Origin: Octopus sinensis
Lineage: Eukaryota
Assembly: GCF_006345805.1 (NCBI RefSeq)
Contig: NC_042998.1
Location: 138,942,001 to 139,006,000 of the forward strand
Direction of reading: 5' to 3'
Length of the DNA stretch: 64,000 nt
The position numbers were made by a program, and so were the translations under genes. The notes below the pieces were generated by a model. The model made no database searches. It was not told the DNA's origin and was given only the letters and a program-made list of their open reading frames with translations. This document shows, piece by piece, positions 13,621 to 25,760 of this stretch; position 1 is the stretch's first letter; each line of letters starts with the position of its first letter.

Positions 13621-13841
13621 TATTCTGTTGTGTCTGGGGAGAGTCATTTTCTTTTTGTGCCCTATGTAACACACTCACCGGTAAAATTTCCACTTTTTTC
13701 TTATTTTTATTTGAAAAGGTTGCAAGACGCAACGAAAATTTTAGGAAAATAAAAATAAGAAAAAAGTGGAAATTTTACCGGTGAGTGTGTTACAAGATAA
13801 GGCACAAAAAGAAAATGACTCTCCCCAGACATAACGGAATA
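13621..13841. repeat. Inverted repeat with ~92-bp arms (13621-13712 / 13747-13841)
   Basis: GTCTGGGGAGAGTCATTTTCTTTTTGTGCC...CACTCACCGGTAAAATTTCCAC pairs with its reverse complement across a ~35-nt spacer. Confidence 0.85.
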
Positions 13842-13845
13842 CATA

Positions 13846-14241
13846 TCTTTATATATAAAAGAGAGGTTGTGTGCTGTCTGTCTCCTACGATTTAGATTCC
13901 TAACTACTCCCACATTTTGCGGTGCAGTTTAACCAAAACCGGGTATCTTATAGTCGTGATTCATATCGAGCCCTTCTGGGTATTAGCGCGCGTTTACGAT
14001 GAGCCTACGATTTAAAAAAAAATTTACCATCAATTTGTCCCATTTTTAATGCATTTTTGGCATATATAAGGGAAGTAACTCTCTAAAAATTTATTATTAA
14101 ATCTCAACGTAAAAAGCTACAGTAACACCCCCCCCCCTTTGTGGTTTGCCATATTGAGATGGCTATTATACTTAACATCTCTAAAAATGCTTATATAGTT
14201 ATTTCCCTTACAAACCGAGCAACGCCGGGTGATACTGCTAG
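13846..14241 (+). mobile_element. Non-autonomous Helitron
   Basis: A|TC(TTTATATATAAAAG) 5' end and CGAGCAACGCCGGGTGATACTGCTAG|T 3' end, i.e. TC...CTAG between A and T. Confidence 0.8.
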
Positions 14242-14356
14242 TATAAGATAAGATAAAAATGAATTGTGAATTTGTGAGATAAATATGAAAGCGAGATAGC
14301 TAGAGTAATGTCCCTTGTAACAGGTGTAGAATATTTGACTGTAGCTTTGTGGGTGG

Positions 14357-14390
<34 letters not shown>

Positions 14391-14539
14391 ATAGATTGCC
14401 GGTTAAACAAGCAAACAGACATAAGTAAAATATTATCACCATTATTATTTAACGTACGTTAAATGTATTTATTTATGAAAGCACACAAAAAAAATTATGC
14501 CGTATATACACACAAACACATAACTATCTATTTATGTGA

Positions 14540-15380
14540 AGAATGGTACAGAAAGACTGTTTTCAGCTACCCGAGGAGAGAAGGAAGCTGTGGAGACTGC
14601 AATGGAATACAAGAAAAAATAAAACAGGTGCAGGAAAGAACTATCTGGGGAAAAGAACTGCATGGTCAGCATCTCAGACAAATGCAAGATGAGTTTAGGA
14701 TATGGCTGAAGAATGGAAACCTTAAGAAAGAAATGGAAGCACTTATAAGGGCTGCTCAAAACTATTTATTGTGGATGAATATCATTAAGGCAAAAATACA
14801 CAAATCTGAAAAAAAGTGCGAGGTGCAGAATATGTAATGAGAAAGAGGAATCAGTTATGCACATAAGTTCCTGTAGTCTTTTGGTACAAAAGGAATAAAG
14901 ACACAGACATTATTCTGTGGCCAGGACATTATACTGGCACAGATTATGATAAAGAGGACTTGAGGTAGGAAAAAAATGGTACAAACATCAAACAGAGAGT
15001 AAAATCAGGATAATATTTTATGGAATTTTAATGTACAGACTGATCAGGAACTTCATTCAAGGTAACCAAATATTATTGTTCTTGGCAAGGGGCAAAAAAG
15101 AGTGCATCATCATAGATGCGGCTATGTCTGCAGACATGAGTGTAACAGTTAAAGAACAAAAGAAAATAGGAAAATACCAGGATTTGTCTAGGGAAATACG
15201 AAAACTGTGAAGGGTTTGTACAAAAGTAATCTTGGTCATCATAAGTGCCCTAGGTACATTCACCAACAGTTTGGCAGTTTTCTTATTGAGATTGATGTAA
15301 CTATGAGAGTTGCATTATTTCAGAGATCTGCTCTGATGGCAACAGCAAAGATTGTAAGAAAGGTCCTTCATATAACTGGT
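14540..15380 (+). mobile_element. R4/Dong-like LINE 3' fragment
   Basis: WGKELHGQHLRQ, WLKNGNLKKEMEALIRAAQ, decayed PNIIVL..KKECIIIDAA and ALMATAKIVRKVL motifs, followed by long (AAT)n. Confidence 0.8.
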
Positions 15381-15434
15381 TGTGGCCAGGTATCAAGGAC
15401 ATTGATTCTGAATGTAAAATATCTGTGCACACCA

Positions 15435-15436
<2 letters not shown>

Positions 15437-15510
<74 letters not shown>

Positions 15511-15512
15511 TA

Positions 15513-15564
<52 letters not shown>

Positions 15565-15565
15565 C

Positions 15566-15598
<33 letters not shown>
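15437..15598. repeat. Long (AAT)n microsatellite (representative of dozens of (TA)n, (TG)n, (AAT)n, (GAT)n and (CTAT)n tracts)
   Basis: Direct reading. Other large tracts at 25698-25757 (TA), 26500-26650 (CTAT), 32893-32990 (GTA/GCA) and 56568-56630 (ATT). Confidence 0.97.
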
Positions 15599-15599
<1 letters not shown>

Positions 15600-16079
15600 G
15601 TTTTGTCTTGGTATAAAAGATGGGCTACAGCAAATATTCTGCTCAATACCACAGATTTGCTTTTCAGTTGTTTGACCTTAACCAGTTGAGCATGTCCCTT
15701 AGTGGCTGACGATATGTGCATCTCTGATCACGAGCAGAAGTAGTGGGGGAGCATCATAGCCATGTGTTGAGAGGGATTCTTTGGGGTTTGAATAATTCAC
15801 CTCTGGAAACATGGGTGGTTCTTTCAACATCCTTAAACAACCCTTATTCAGGGACCTTTTGAGCGGGATGGGCTACTCAACCTGAAGAAAATTCTAACTG
15901 GGCCCCACCTGCAAGGTCATGTGCTGTTTATCTTGATATGAGATCACCATGTCGCGCACATATGGTTGTGATGCATGTGCCTGGTGTACCTTTATCAGAC
16001 GGGTAGTCATGATGGGTATATTGGGCTTCGTATATTTTACCCCAGTGTCACTTTGATGTCATGCACTGCTCTCTCACTC

Positions 16080-16080
<1 letters not shown>
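15600..16080 (+). mobile_element. ~480-bp non-coding interspersed element flanked by (AAT)n on both sides
   Basis: Fragments recur at 8290-8420 (minus) and 4811-4870 (3' end CCAGTGTCACTTTGATG...CTCTCACTCAATAAT). Confidence 0.7.
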
Positions 16081-16114
<34 letters not shown>

Positions 16115-16254
16115 TAAATTAATAAGTTGATTAATATTAATACAAATGGAATTAATATGCCTTCTCAAGAAACATAGAAAATCAGAAGAAACATTTAAGC
16201 TAAACACTTGATCCAAAGACAAACTGTGAAGACACTTATAATAGTGCAAATTAC

Positions 16255-16386
16255 CTCAAGCTGGTCAACCAATTGCATCTCATATGTCAGCTGTTTGTCA
16301 TGCAGTTCCTCAAGTTTTTTGCGAAATTCAGCCATTTTGCTTTCATACTCTGACATTTCTGTGACAAAGGTGAGGTTCTCAAACGT
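16255..16386 (-). CDS. DRC3: DRC3 coding exon 8 (TFENLTFVTEMSEYESKMAEFRKKLEELHDKQLTYEMQLVDQLE)
   Basis: Acceptor TTTTACAG, donor GAG|GTAATT, 132 nt, phase 0/0. C-terminal motif matches human LMTLEMQLVEQLE. Absent from the ORF track in this frame (no ATG). Confidence 0.92.
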
Positions 16387-17089
16387 CTGTAAAATATGAG
16401 CAAAAGCTAAATATAAATTTTAAATTTTGACCCCTTCATTTATGGGTCTTCCTTGTCAAGCAAAGAAGCAAAAACAAAAAAGAATCCCAGAAGGAAGTTT
16501 TGAAGGAATATTGAACCTTATCATAAACAAGATGTTGCATGGCAGAGGAGAAAGGAAATATGTCACAGGTATATTTCTTCACAACCATGCATCTAATATA
16601 AAAAGTGGACAATGACGATGATGATGATCAGAACCATTATGATAACTATGATGGTGATGATGGTAACAATGACAATAATAACAATACAGATGCTATTGCT
16701 ACCACTGCCCATGTTGGTAATAATAACGATGATGACAAAATCAATGATGATTATGATGACAACAACAATGCTGACAATGACAATGATGACAACAATATTC
16801 ACTTTTCCATGCCTGCATGGGTCAGACAGACTTCGTGGAGGTAGATTGTTTATGACCAGATGCTCTTCCTGTCACCAACACTCACCTTTTCCCAAGCAAA
16901 GTGATACTTTCCCTGGCAAGACAGGATTCTCAAAGAAGACTGAAAATGAACAATGACACTTGTCTAACAGGGAAGCTCACTTACAAGCATCACATGATGT
17001 CAAGACAAGGGTACATACAGACACAAATACAACACATACGCATACACATGTGTGTACACATGTATGTAAACATACATATGTGTATGTAC

Positions 17090-17129
<40 letters not shown>

Positions 17130-17439
17130 GATGTATAGGAAAGGCATCTAGTTGTAGAAGCATTGCCAAAACAGACAACTGGAACCTGGTACAACTCTCC
17201 AGCTTGCCACCTCCTGTCAAACAGTCCAACCCATGGCAGCATGGAAAATGGACATTAACAGATGATGATGATGGTGGTGGTGGTGGTGGTGGTGCTGCTG
17301 CTGCTGCTGACAGAAGTGGAGCCACTCATATACAGGTACAGGATGTTTTTTATGTCACCTTTTTTTTCAGGAACATCTTGATGTGTTGGTGAACAGTCTA
17401 CAGTGTTGGAGAGCATAAATATTAAAGCTCTTTATGCTT

Positions 17440-18080
17440 AGTTAGCTGACATAGAGGGATGGAAGCCATCTGAACATTGGGAAAGAGTTACCTGTATCAT
17501 GATGATCTGCACCTACTGTCAAAATGCTGACATCATGATTGCTGCTCAATGCTCTGTAAACACTGTAAAAGATGCAGAGCATGACATGGACAGCTGCAAC
17601 AGAGACTACAAAGCTACAGCCAGCAAGAAAGGATTCATCAGTCATTGTGATTACATATGCATGCCACCCACACCTCTGAACAGAGCCTTAGGCTCAGTTC
17701 AGATGGCTATGTGAAACTGCTGGGTACTATAGTCAAACTCTGGTTGGAAAGGGTTGCTGCTAGAAGCACCAGGATTCACTTCCAAGCCATACCTCTGGAA
17801 AGAGTCAGAAGTGGTTATAGGAGAATTTCTATGACTTCACCAGTCCTAATTTCTGACCTCGTAATTCCTGTTGTTGTAATCCCATGGATTACCAAGTGTG
17901 GGACATGACTGAAAAAGACACCAACCATTTTGTCTGTAATGTTTAGACCAAGCTGGTGGCAAACATCAAGGAGGTGTTCAAAGATCTTCTCAGAGACACA
18001 GTGAGTAACATATGCATCAGGTTGTAGAATTGTCCTGAGGCCGTGGTGGAAGCTGAGATTGGCTACTTTGAGTAAACTGT
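17440..18080 (+). mobile_element. Tc1/mariner-superfamily (maT/DD37D-like) transposase relic, internally deleted
   Basis: N-terminal EHWERVTCIMMI..NADIMIAAQCSVNTVK, LRLSSDGYVKLLGTIVKLWLERVAA, and C-terminal CNPMDYQVW...IKEVFKDLLRDTV...EAVVEAEIGYFE*. Confidence 0.8.
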
Positions 18081-18481
18081 TATCTCCCAGCTATAATCTA
18101 GTTGAAATTTTGATTTTTTAAAAATATTTTTATTCTTGGATGGGATATTGTGTTTTTTTTTTCTTTTATGCAAACTGTCAAATTTTATACATATATACAA
18201 TATTATATTAACACAGAATGACCAATGGTAGCAGGAATTGAACTCAAAGATCTAGCAAGGTATTTAGTCCAATACTGTTCTACTTGCTATTCTCTTCCTG
18301 CAATAAATTGTATTATTTATAGAAACCTAAACTATTCATAACTTCATATGAGAAACATGTTTGGCCATGAGGAAATATTACCTTACTTGGAAACAGGTTG
18401 AGGGCTACTTCAATAAATTCCATCTAAACCCCATGCAAGCATAGAAAAGTGGACATTAAATGACAATGATGATTGTGGTGG

Positions 18482-18519
<38 letters not shown>

Positions 18520-20524
18520 CTACTAAAGGTACTTGTCTGTCCTTGAGATTTTACAAACCACGAAATAAAACAGTGGAAAAATAATGAATTACATAAAATA
18601 GTGAAAAGTGACCAAAATCTAATTGGAATCAATTGCCATCAATTCTGTTCAATTTCAATAAGATAGATAACAAGTAAAAAAAAAAAAAAATCAATGACTT
18701 GTAAATGTGATAATGCAGTCAATAATTCCTTTGAACACTATAACTTATTCAACCAAATCTTTAAATAGTTTCTCTTGTTTAAACTCACATATTTGCTTTT
18801 GTTTTTTTGTTTCTTTACTATCATTTACCTCGCAACCAATAGTGCAATAGTATGTTACAGTACATTTATCAGAATATAATACCTATTAATTACCAAAATA
18901 AATCAATACTGTTCAATACGAGGATCCCAATCCCATATAAAAAAAGAAAATCAAAGTGTATTAATGCACAATCAATTCCAGTTAGGCAGCATGGAATGCA
19001 ATGACATTTCTTGTTTGTGTATTTTTCTTTTTTCGTTTTCTTTGCCATTGTCCTCCTGTGACATTGATATAAGTATAATGGGTTACTAGAATAGAAACAC
19101 CAGTTGTCTGAATTTCTTTTAATAGAGGAAGGAATATTAGATTTCCAGATTAGATAGGGGGAGTCACTGTCATCATCATCATCATCACCACCACCACCAC
19201 CACCATCATTATCATCCTCCTCATCATCATCATTATCTTCTTTTCAAATCCCCTTTTCCATACTGGTGTGGGTTGGATGGTTCAACAGAAACCAGTGAGC
19301 TAGAGGAGTGCATTGCGCTCCAATGTCTGCTTTGGTATGGATTCTACAGCCCCAACACCATTCTGCATGCTGACTACTTCACAGTGTGTCCTGAGTGCTT
19401 TTTTTCATGGCACCAACACTGGTGATTACCAAGTACTTACAAAATAAGATCCCCACCTCCTCGAGTGAGCAGGGTACACTATTAAGGAATGGGTAAAAAA
19501 TGATTGAGGGACAGGAACAGGTTTCTTGCTGAAGAGGTAAATAAATGCCTGTCTCCTCTAAGTTGGAAAATGCAAGAGAAAGAAAGACATGAGAAACTAA
19601 GGCTTCCATGAAAAGGCATAGTCTACCAAACAACATGACATCTCTGTTTCTCTTGAATTTAGACCCATATCATTATTACTATCACTATCTAACGCAGCAA
19701 GCTAACAGAAGGTAAAGACAGATGAAGGAAGAACAGACAAAATGCTTAGCAGCATTTCATCTGTCTTTACCTTTTCAGTTCAAATTCCACCGAGGTCGAC
19801 TTTGCCTTTTGTCCTTTTGGGGTTGATAAAATAAGCATCAGTTGAGTCCTGGGGTCGATGTAATCAACTAGCCCCCACCCCACTCCACCCACACACACAC
19901 TTCCCTAAAATTGCCGGCAGCAGCGGTGGTGGCGGTGATGGTGGTGGTCATTAAATCCTTAGCTGGCAACCAGAAGGGGATGCCATACTCTCAACCAATA
20001 CACTGCAGTGGTCACCGCTGGATGACAGACTCTGGTGATGATGTTATTCCATACTTTCTGATCCATGGTGCTAACCTTAGCATGCTTGAGGTTGAGGTGC
20101 TGTGACTTCAGGCCTTCTTCAGTTTGTTTCACCCTTGTCTTCTTTGGTATACTGTGCTGGATTCTCCAGTGCATGGGTCGCTACCACCACAAAAATTGGT
20201 AGTCATCTGGTGCTCACCCTGCAGACGATTGGTTGCTGCTAACATTGTTCTTGGGTGTTAAATGATGATGAGGATGATGATGAGGATGATGATGAGTAAC
20301 AGGTGTGGTTAAGAAGTTTGTTTTGCAGTCATTTGGTTCAAGGTTTCATTTCACATTGCCTCACACTATTATTTTCGTTCAGGTTCTCCAACCCAAAATT
20401 TGTGAGTGAAATTTAATTGATGCAAACTTTGTTGGCAGTAACATAAAGTTGGTGGGGGAGGGGGAAAGAAAGAAAAAAGAGAGCAGAATAAAAAGAAAGA
20501 AAGAAAAGAAGAAGAATTTCTTAC

Positions 20525-20699
20525 CTTGTCTTTGTACTCAATGAATTCATTGAAAGCTTTAGTAGACAATTCCTTGTTCTCTGCTTTCGCATCTTCTACA
20601 CATTGCCAAAATGTATCCACTTCATCTTTTATTCTGATGTGTTCCACAGTGCCAAAATTGAAGATTTGATTAGACACAGCTAATATTTTTGATTTGAAA
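20525..20699 (-). CDS. DRC3: DRC3 coding exon 7 (Y-FKSKILAVSNQIFNFGTVEHIRIKDEVDTFWQCVEDAKAENKELSTKAFNEFIEYKDK)
   Basis: Matches human YKDKFVIICVNIFEYGLKQQEKRKTELDTFSECVREAIQENQE. Donor AAG|GTAAGA at 20524. The 5' boundary follows the U12 branch site TTCCTTAAC. Confidence 0.9.
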
Positions 20700-23300
20700 A
20701 TGGAGAAGTTAAGGAAATGTTAACGTGGTCTCACAAATAAAAAAAAACTGGTTTCTATTCCATTATATGTAAACAAACATAAGTTGGCTTTAAAGCGTTG
20801 AAATGTATTGTAGAAGTAGAAAGATATATTTCTCAACGCGTAAATACTGACAGAACAACCTATCTCTATATATATAAAGCTGAAGTTGTCTGTGTATGGC
20901 AGGTTTGGTGGCCTTCAACTAACACTATCTCCTCCAAGACCCTGCAGCACAAGTTGACCAAAATTGAGAGTATGATAGAAGAAGGCTTGCTCTTCCTTCC
21001 GTAGAAGAAAAAATTCAAATTGGACCATGTTAACACCAAAAATTATTTACATCAAAAAGGTGCTCTTTTTCTATAAAAATCCCTATTTTTTACGATTTTT
21101 TTACTGCTGTGTCACCATTTTTCGGTGTATTTCAACCAGAAAAAATGTTCATTTAAAGAGAATAACAAGCTACATAATGCAAAATGTTTTACTTTTCAAA
21201 AATTCCAATTCTAAAGGATCAAAACAAACCCGAGCAACGCCGGGCGATACTGCTAGTATAGGATAAAATGCTTTTAGAGCATGGCTGGTCGCTGACAAAT
21301 TTTTCTGCTCTAAAAGGATTTTATCCTATATATGCTGTTCTATCAGTATTTACATGTTGAAAAATATAGCTTCTATTCATTGTAAATCAAAAATGTGTAG
21401 AAACAATTGAATGTTTTATCTATAAACACATTGACCTTCCAATGAGACTCAGGTAACTATGCATCTGGGGAGGAGATTCCACAAAGGTAGTCATCATCAT
21501 TATCATCATTTAATGTTCCCTTTTCCATGCATGCATGGGTTGGACAGATCTGATCAATTATAATTTTTTTTGCTTACAAATTACAAGTTTATCTTTAGCT
21601 AATCTGTATTTAACCCTTTAGCATTCAGATTACTCTGCCAAATGTAATGCTTATTTATTCACATTGTTTTGAATTAATCATGCATTATCTCATGGCTTTG
21701 AGATTTCAATGATGAGATTGTTTATTTTTAAAATAGAATGATATTGTAGGGTAGGTGCAAGAGGCCAGATCAGGCCAGTTTGAAAATTAAACAGGTAAAA
21801 TATTTGGGCCAGATATACTTTTCTACTCAAAGCACAAGGCCCGAAATTCGTGAGGGAGGATGCCAGTCGATTGTATCGATCCAGTATGCAACTGGTACTT
21901 AATTTATCAACCCCAAAAGGACGAAAGGCAAAGTCAACCTCAGTGGAATTTGAATTCAGAACATAAAGACAGACAAAATACCACTAAGCATTTCACCCAG
22001 CATGCTAACATCTCTGCTAGCTCACCGCCTTTATTTGGGCCAGATATAGTCAGTTTAAATGCTAATCAGAAAACATTGGTATTTATTTAACCAGCAAGCT
22101 GCAGTTTTTTTAATGTCTACTTTTCTATGCTTGGGTGAGTGTATACTGAAGCAGAGATCCTATGACCAGATGCCCTTTCTGTCACCAACTCCCACTTGTT
22201 TCCAACTGGGGTAATAATCTTCCACTCTACTGAACAATCTGGACATGTTGTGTGTAAAGAACTGAAATCAAAGGACTCTGTATGAATGAGCCCTTTGTTT
22301 AAAAAGATCACACAACATGTCAAGAAACCCAAACATGCTTTCATGGTGGACTACAAACAGATGAATACTGACAGGAAGTCATAGTTTACAAACCAGTGAA
22401 AATGAGGATGCTCTGTCACCACCTTCTCATAGTTCAATCCCTTAGCATGATGCCACGCAGCTCACAGTATTAAAGATCCTCTTTGACTGAGTGGAAGTAA
22501 AGTAGAGACAGGGGAGGTTTTACCACATAAAAAGCACCCAATACACTTATTTAAGTGATTGGTGTTCAGAAGGGCATCCAACCAATAGAATCCCTGCCAA
22601 AGCAGACACTGGAATTTGGTACAGTCCTCTGGCTTGCCAGCTCCAGTCAAAATGTCCAAACCATGCCAGTATGTCAAATGAACATTAAATAACGACGATG
22701 ACACCACCGACGCCAAAGATGACAACGACGACGACGACGACCACCACCACCACCACCACCACCATCACCATCATCATCACCATCATCATCATCATCATCA
22801 TCATCATCATTTAATGTATGAAAGAATGGGCCCAAACAGGTTTCTTACAGTAGAACTACATGGGAGTAACCAAGATGGAACTAGAAAGAGAAATGAAATA
22901 TACAGTGAATAAAAGTTGAGTGGGGACGAAAGAACAAGAACTGTAGACAGGTAGGGGTTGTAAGAATGTACAGGGAAAGTGGGGATGAATAGGGGTGATG
23001 GGGTGGATATAATGAATGAAGAAGAAGGGTTTAGAGGTCGTTAACAATAAATATGAGTCAGAGGGAGTGCAGGGAAGAATAGGTGGTGATTGTATAGATT
23101 AGGTGAAAATGGAAAAAAAAGAATGGACTCAGCTTCCTAAAGGCTTGCTTCTACTATGTGATGCTTACTACAAAAATTCCACATTAAAGAATAAATAAGT
23201 TTCGTTTTACCTTTGTACTATGTGATTTACCTATGGATCAATTTGTTAAAATGATATATATAAAAATACATCAAGAGATATATGATAAAGTCATGGATAT
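20700..23300 (-). other. DRC3: U12-type (minor spliceosome) intron, DRC3 intron 6, AT-AT termini, 2601 nt
   Basis: 5' end ATATCCATGA (U12 consensus RTATCCTT). Branch site TTTCCTTAAC at 20717-20708, followed by TTCTCCAT. Joining TA|T restores the frame with no indel relative to human DRC3. Confidence 0.85.
20863..21256 (+). mobile_element. Non-autonomous Helitron inside the U12 intron
   Basis: A|TCTCTATATATATAAAG 5' end; CGAGCAACGCCGGGCGATACTGCTAG|T 3' end, shared with 13846-14241. Confidence 0.8.
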
Positions 23301-23413
23301 TAGATCATTTCATCTGCAATACCAGGCATGTCATTCAGTTTCCTGCCTTCAACATCATCTGCATACAAGCTTATATAAAGAAGATCATCTTTGAAGCTTT
23401 CTACATATGCCTC
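23301..23413 (-). CDS. DRC3: DRC3 coding exon 6 (EAYVESFKDDLLYISLYADDVEGRKLNDMPGIADEMI + TA)
   Basis: Acceptor TTTGCAG. Matches human TAFVEHLNGSFLFDSMYAEDSEGNNLSYLPGVGELLE. No GT donor precedes the in-frame TAA; the exon ends at the U12-type donor ATATCCAT (phase 2). Confidence 0.9.
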
Positions 23414-24056
23414 CTGCAAAATGGAGAACAACAATTTCTTTAATACAAAATATAACATAACAAGCAAAATGTGTACGTGTGTGTACATATATATCAGATT
23501 TATGTTAGAGAAACAAAGAAAAGAAAATGCTTTTGAGAACTTTATCAGAGATAAAAGTAAGAAAGTATTAATGTTTTATCAAAATATTCAACCAGTTTCA
23601 ATCACTTTCGAAAGACTATTTAGTAAGGCTTAAATAAAAGGAAAAATGAATTAAAATAAATTAAATTAATCTTTTATGATATCAAGTTCACCTACAAGCA
23701 GCAGGAGTGCCTATCAGCATGACTAAATCCTCTTAAAATGACTGAAACTGGTTGCATATTTTGGTAAAAATTGTAAATACTTTCTTACCTTTATCCATGA
23801 TTAAGTTCTCAAAGCATTTTCTTCTTTTTGTTTGAGCCAAAAGCTAATCTTTATACTCTATAGTTGTGTACACAGAGGTTCCAGTGCATTGCTTTGTTTT
23901 TTGCTGTTAAAATGGCTCTGTTGCTATCACAGAAGAAACAATGCTAAAATAGACACTGAAACATGACAATCCTCTGACTTGTCAGATCCTGTTGAACTGT
24001 TTAACCTATGCCAGCATGGAAGATGAATGTTAATGATGATAAGGATATCTGTGTGT

Positions 24057-24093
<37 letters not shown>

Positions 24094-25694
24094 AGGCAAT
24101 GGCCCAGTGGTTAGTGTGTTGCACTTACAATCACAAGATCATGGTTTTGATCCCTAGACCAGCAGTGCATTGTGTTTCTGAGCAAAGCACTTCATTTCAC
24201 ATTGCTCCAGTCCACTCATTTGTAAATGGGTAATCCTGCAGCAGACTGATTTTCCATTTAAGGGAAATGTTGGCCTGCCTGCTTAGCCAGTCAGGTCATA
24301 TCATTCAAAAGCTATCAAAATTTGAGGAAGCACATTGTGACCAGCATCTGATAGCCTAGTCAATACAGTGATACAGTGATATATCATCATCATCATCATC
24401 ATCATTTAACATCCATTTTCCACGCTGGCATGGATTGGACGGTTTGACAGGAGCTAACTAGTTGAAGGACTGTTCAGGCTCCCTGTTTGTTTTGGCATGG
24501 TTTCTATGGCTGGATGCCCTTCCTAATACCAACCACTTTACAGAGTGTACTGAGTGCTCTTATGTGGCACTGGCACAGGTGCTATTTACATGGCAGCAGT
24601 ACCTATGAGCCCATGAGATTAGGAGCTGCTCAGCTGGAGAAGATTGCAAGGGGTGAGCCTGTCTGCAATTTAAATACACAACTGAAAGAGCTACTAATAG
24701 TTTCATACTCTTATGATACTTGAACAGGTATATTTATAAAATATGCCATGTGTCTTAAAGCAAGCACAGTGCTTGTTTACATATTTGGTTGGTTTATAAT
24801 GGCATAAGTGGCTTTGGGCCACTTATGATATATGCTACTTCTTCATACAAAAAAAATTCTATTTTTATTTTCTTTTTCATTTACATCTATCCCTATAATG
24901 GTCTAAGCTTGCCCTTGGTTTTTAAGTTTAACTGACCAATTATATTGATGGCTGGACTTTGGTCAATCCCATTATGGACAACAGGTGGTTGGTCTTTAAA
25001 ATATATCAGTAAGTATATTAATGTAATAATTTTATGGGTATGTTATTTGGATAAATATTAATTAGTACTATTTACAAATTCTTAAGTTCTTTTTATTTAA
25101 TTCTTTTTCTAGACCTATTGGCGAATCCCATTATATCAAAGTACTTGTTTTATTTTTTTAATTATTTATACACCCTGGTACCCCCAAAGAAAGATTGATC
25201 CACCAAATAATTTTCTAGTTTAGTCATTTGCTCGACTTCAAGCATTACACTGCAAAATGGTATGATTCAAATATTTTAAGCCTTCTTTCCCCATCTCGAG
25301 GCCCTGTTCTTTTCTCTTCTCTTCTCTTATTTTATGCATTTGTCCGCATTCTGATGAAGTTCCATGTACCAGATCAGATGTGCTATAGCATATGATGAAT
25401 ATTATTCTCAGAATTTTCTTTGGCAGCAGTGACAAACATTGGAAGCAGAAATGGTTTTGTATTGAATAAAATAATAATCAATAGTAGTCAATTTGTTTGT
25501 TGATCAAGAATTTTCTCCATTTTCTGCTTAATTTAAATTTGATTCCTGATAAACTCTTATTTATTTTGTTATTGCCTACATCCTATGAACATAGTATGCT
25601 TGCATATCTATGCCCAGGCTTAACATAGGTAATTTATAGAAAAAACAGATATTCTTATCCCTTAGACAGTTATTTCAACCACTAATTCTACTAA

Positions 25695-25760
<66 letters not shown>

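Noticed and set aside
15301-15721. ORF-track entries with poly-N/I/L/V/Y/C or alternating residues (also 16593-16956, 26302-26832, 32780-33150, 33762-34088, 35126-35611, 45860-46150)
   Set aside because: They are translations of microsatellites, not genes.
17947-18000. Perfect-looking 54-nt plus-strand exon (TTAG|TKLVANIKEVFKDLLRDT|GTGAGT) suggesting a nested gene
   Set aside because: It is in frame with NPMDYQVW upstream and EAVVEAEIGYFE* downstream, i.e. the C-terminus of the maT-like transposase relic.
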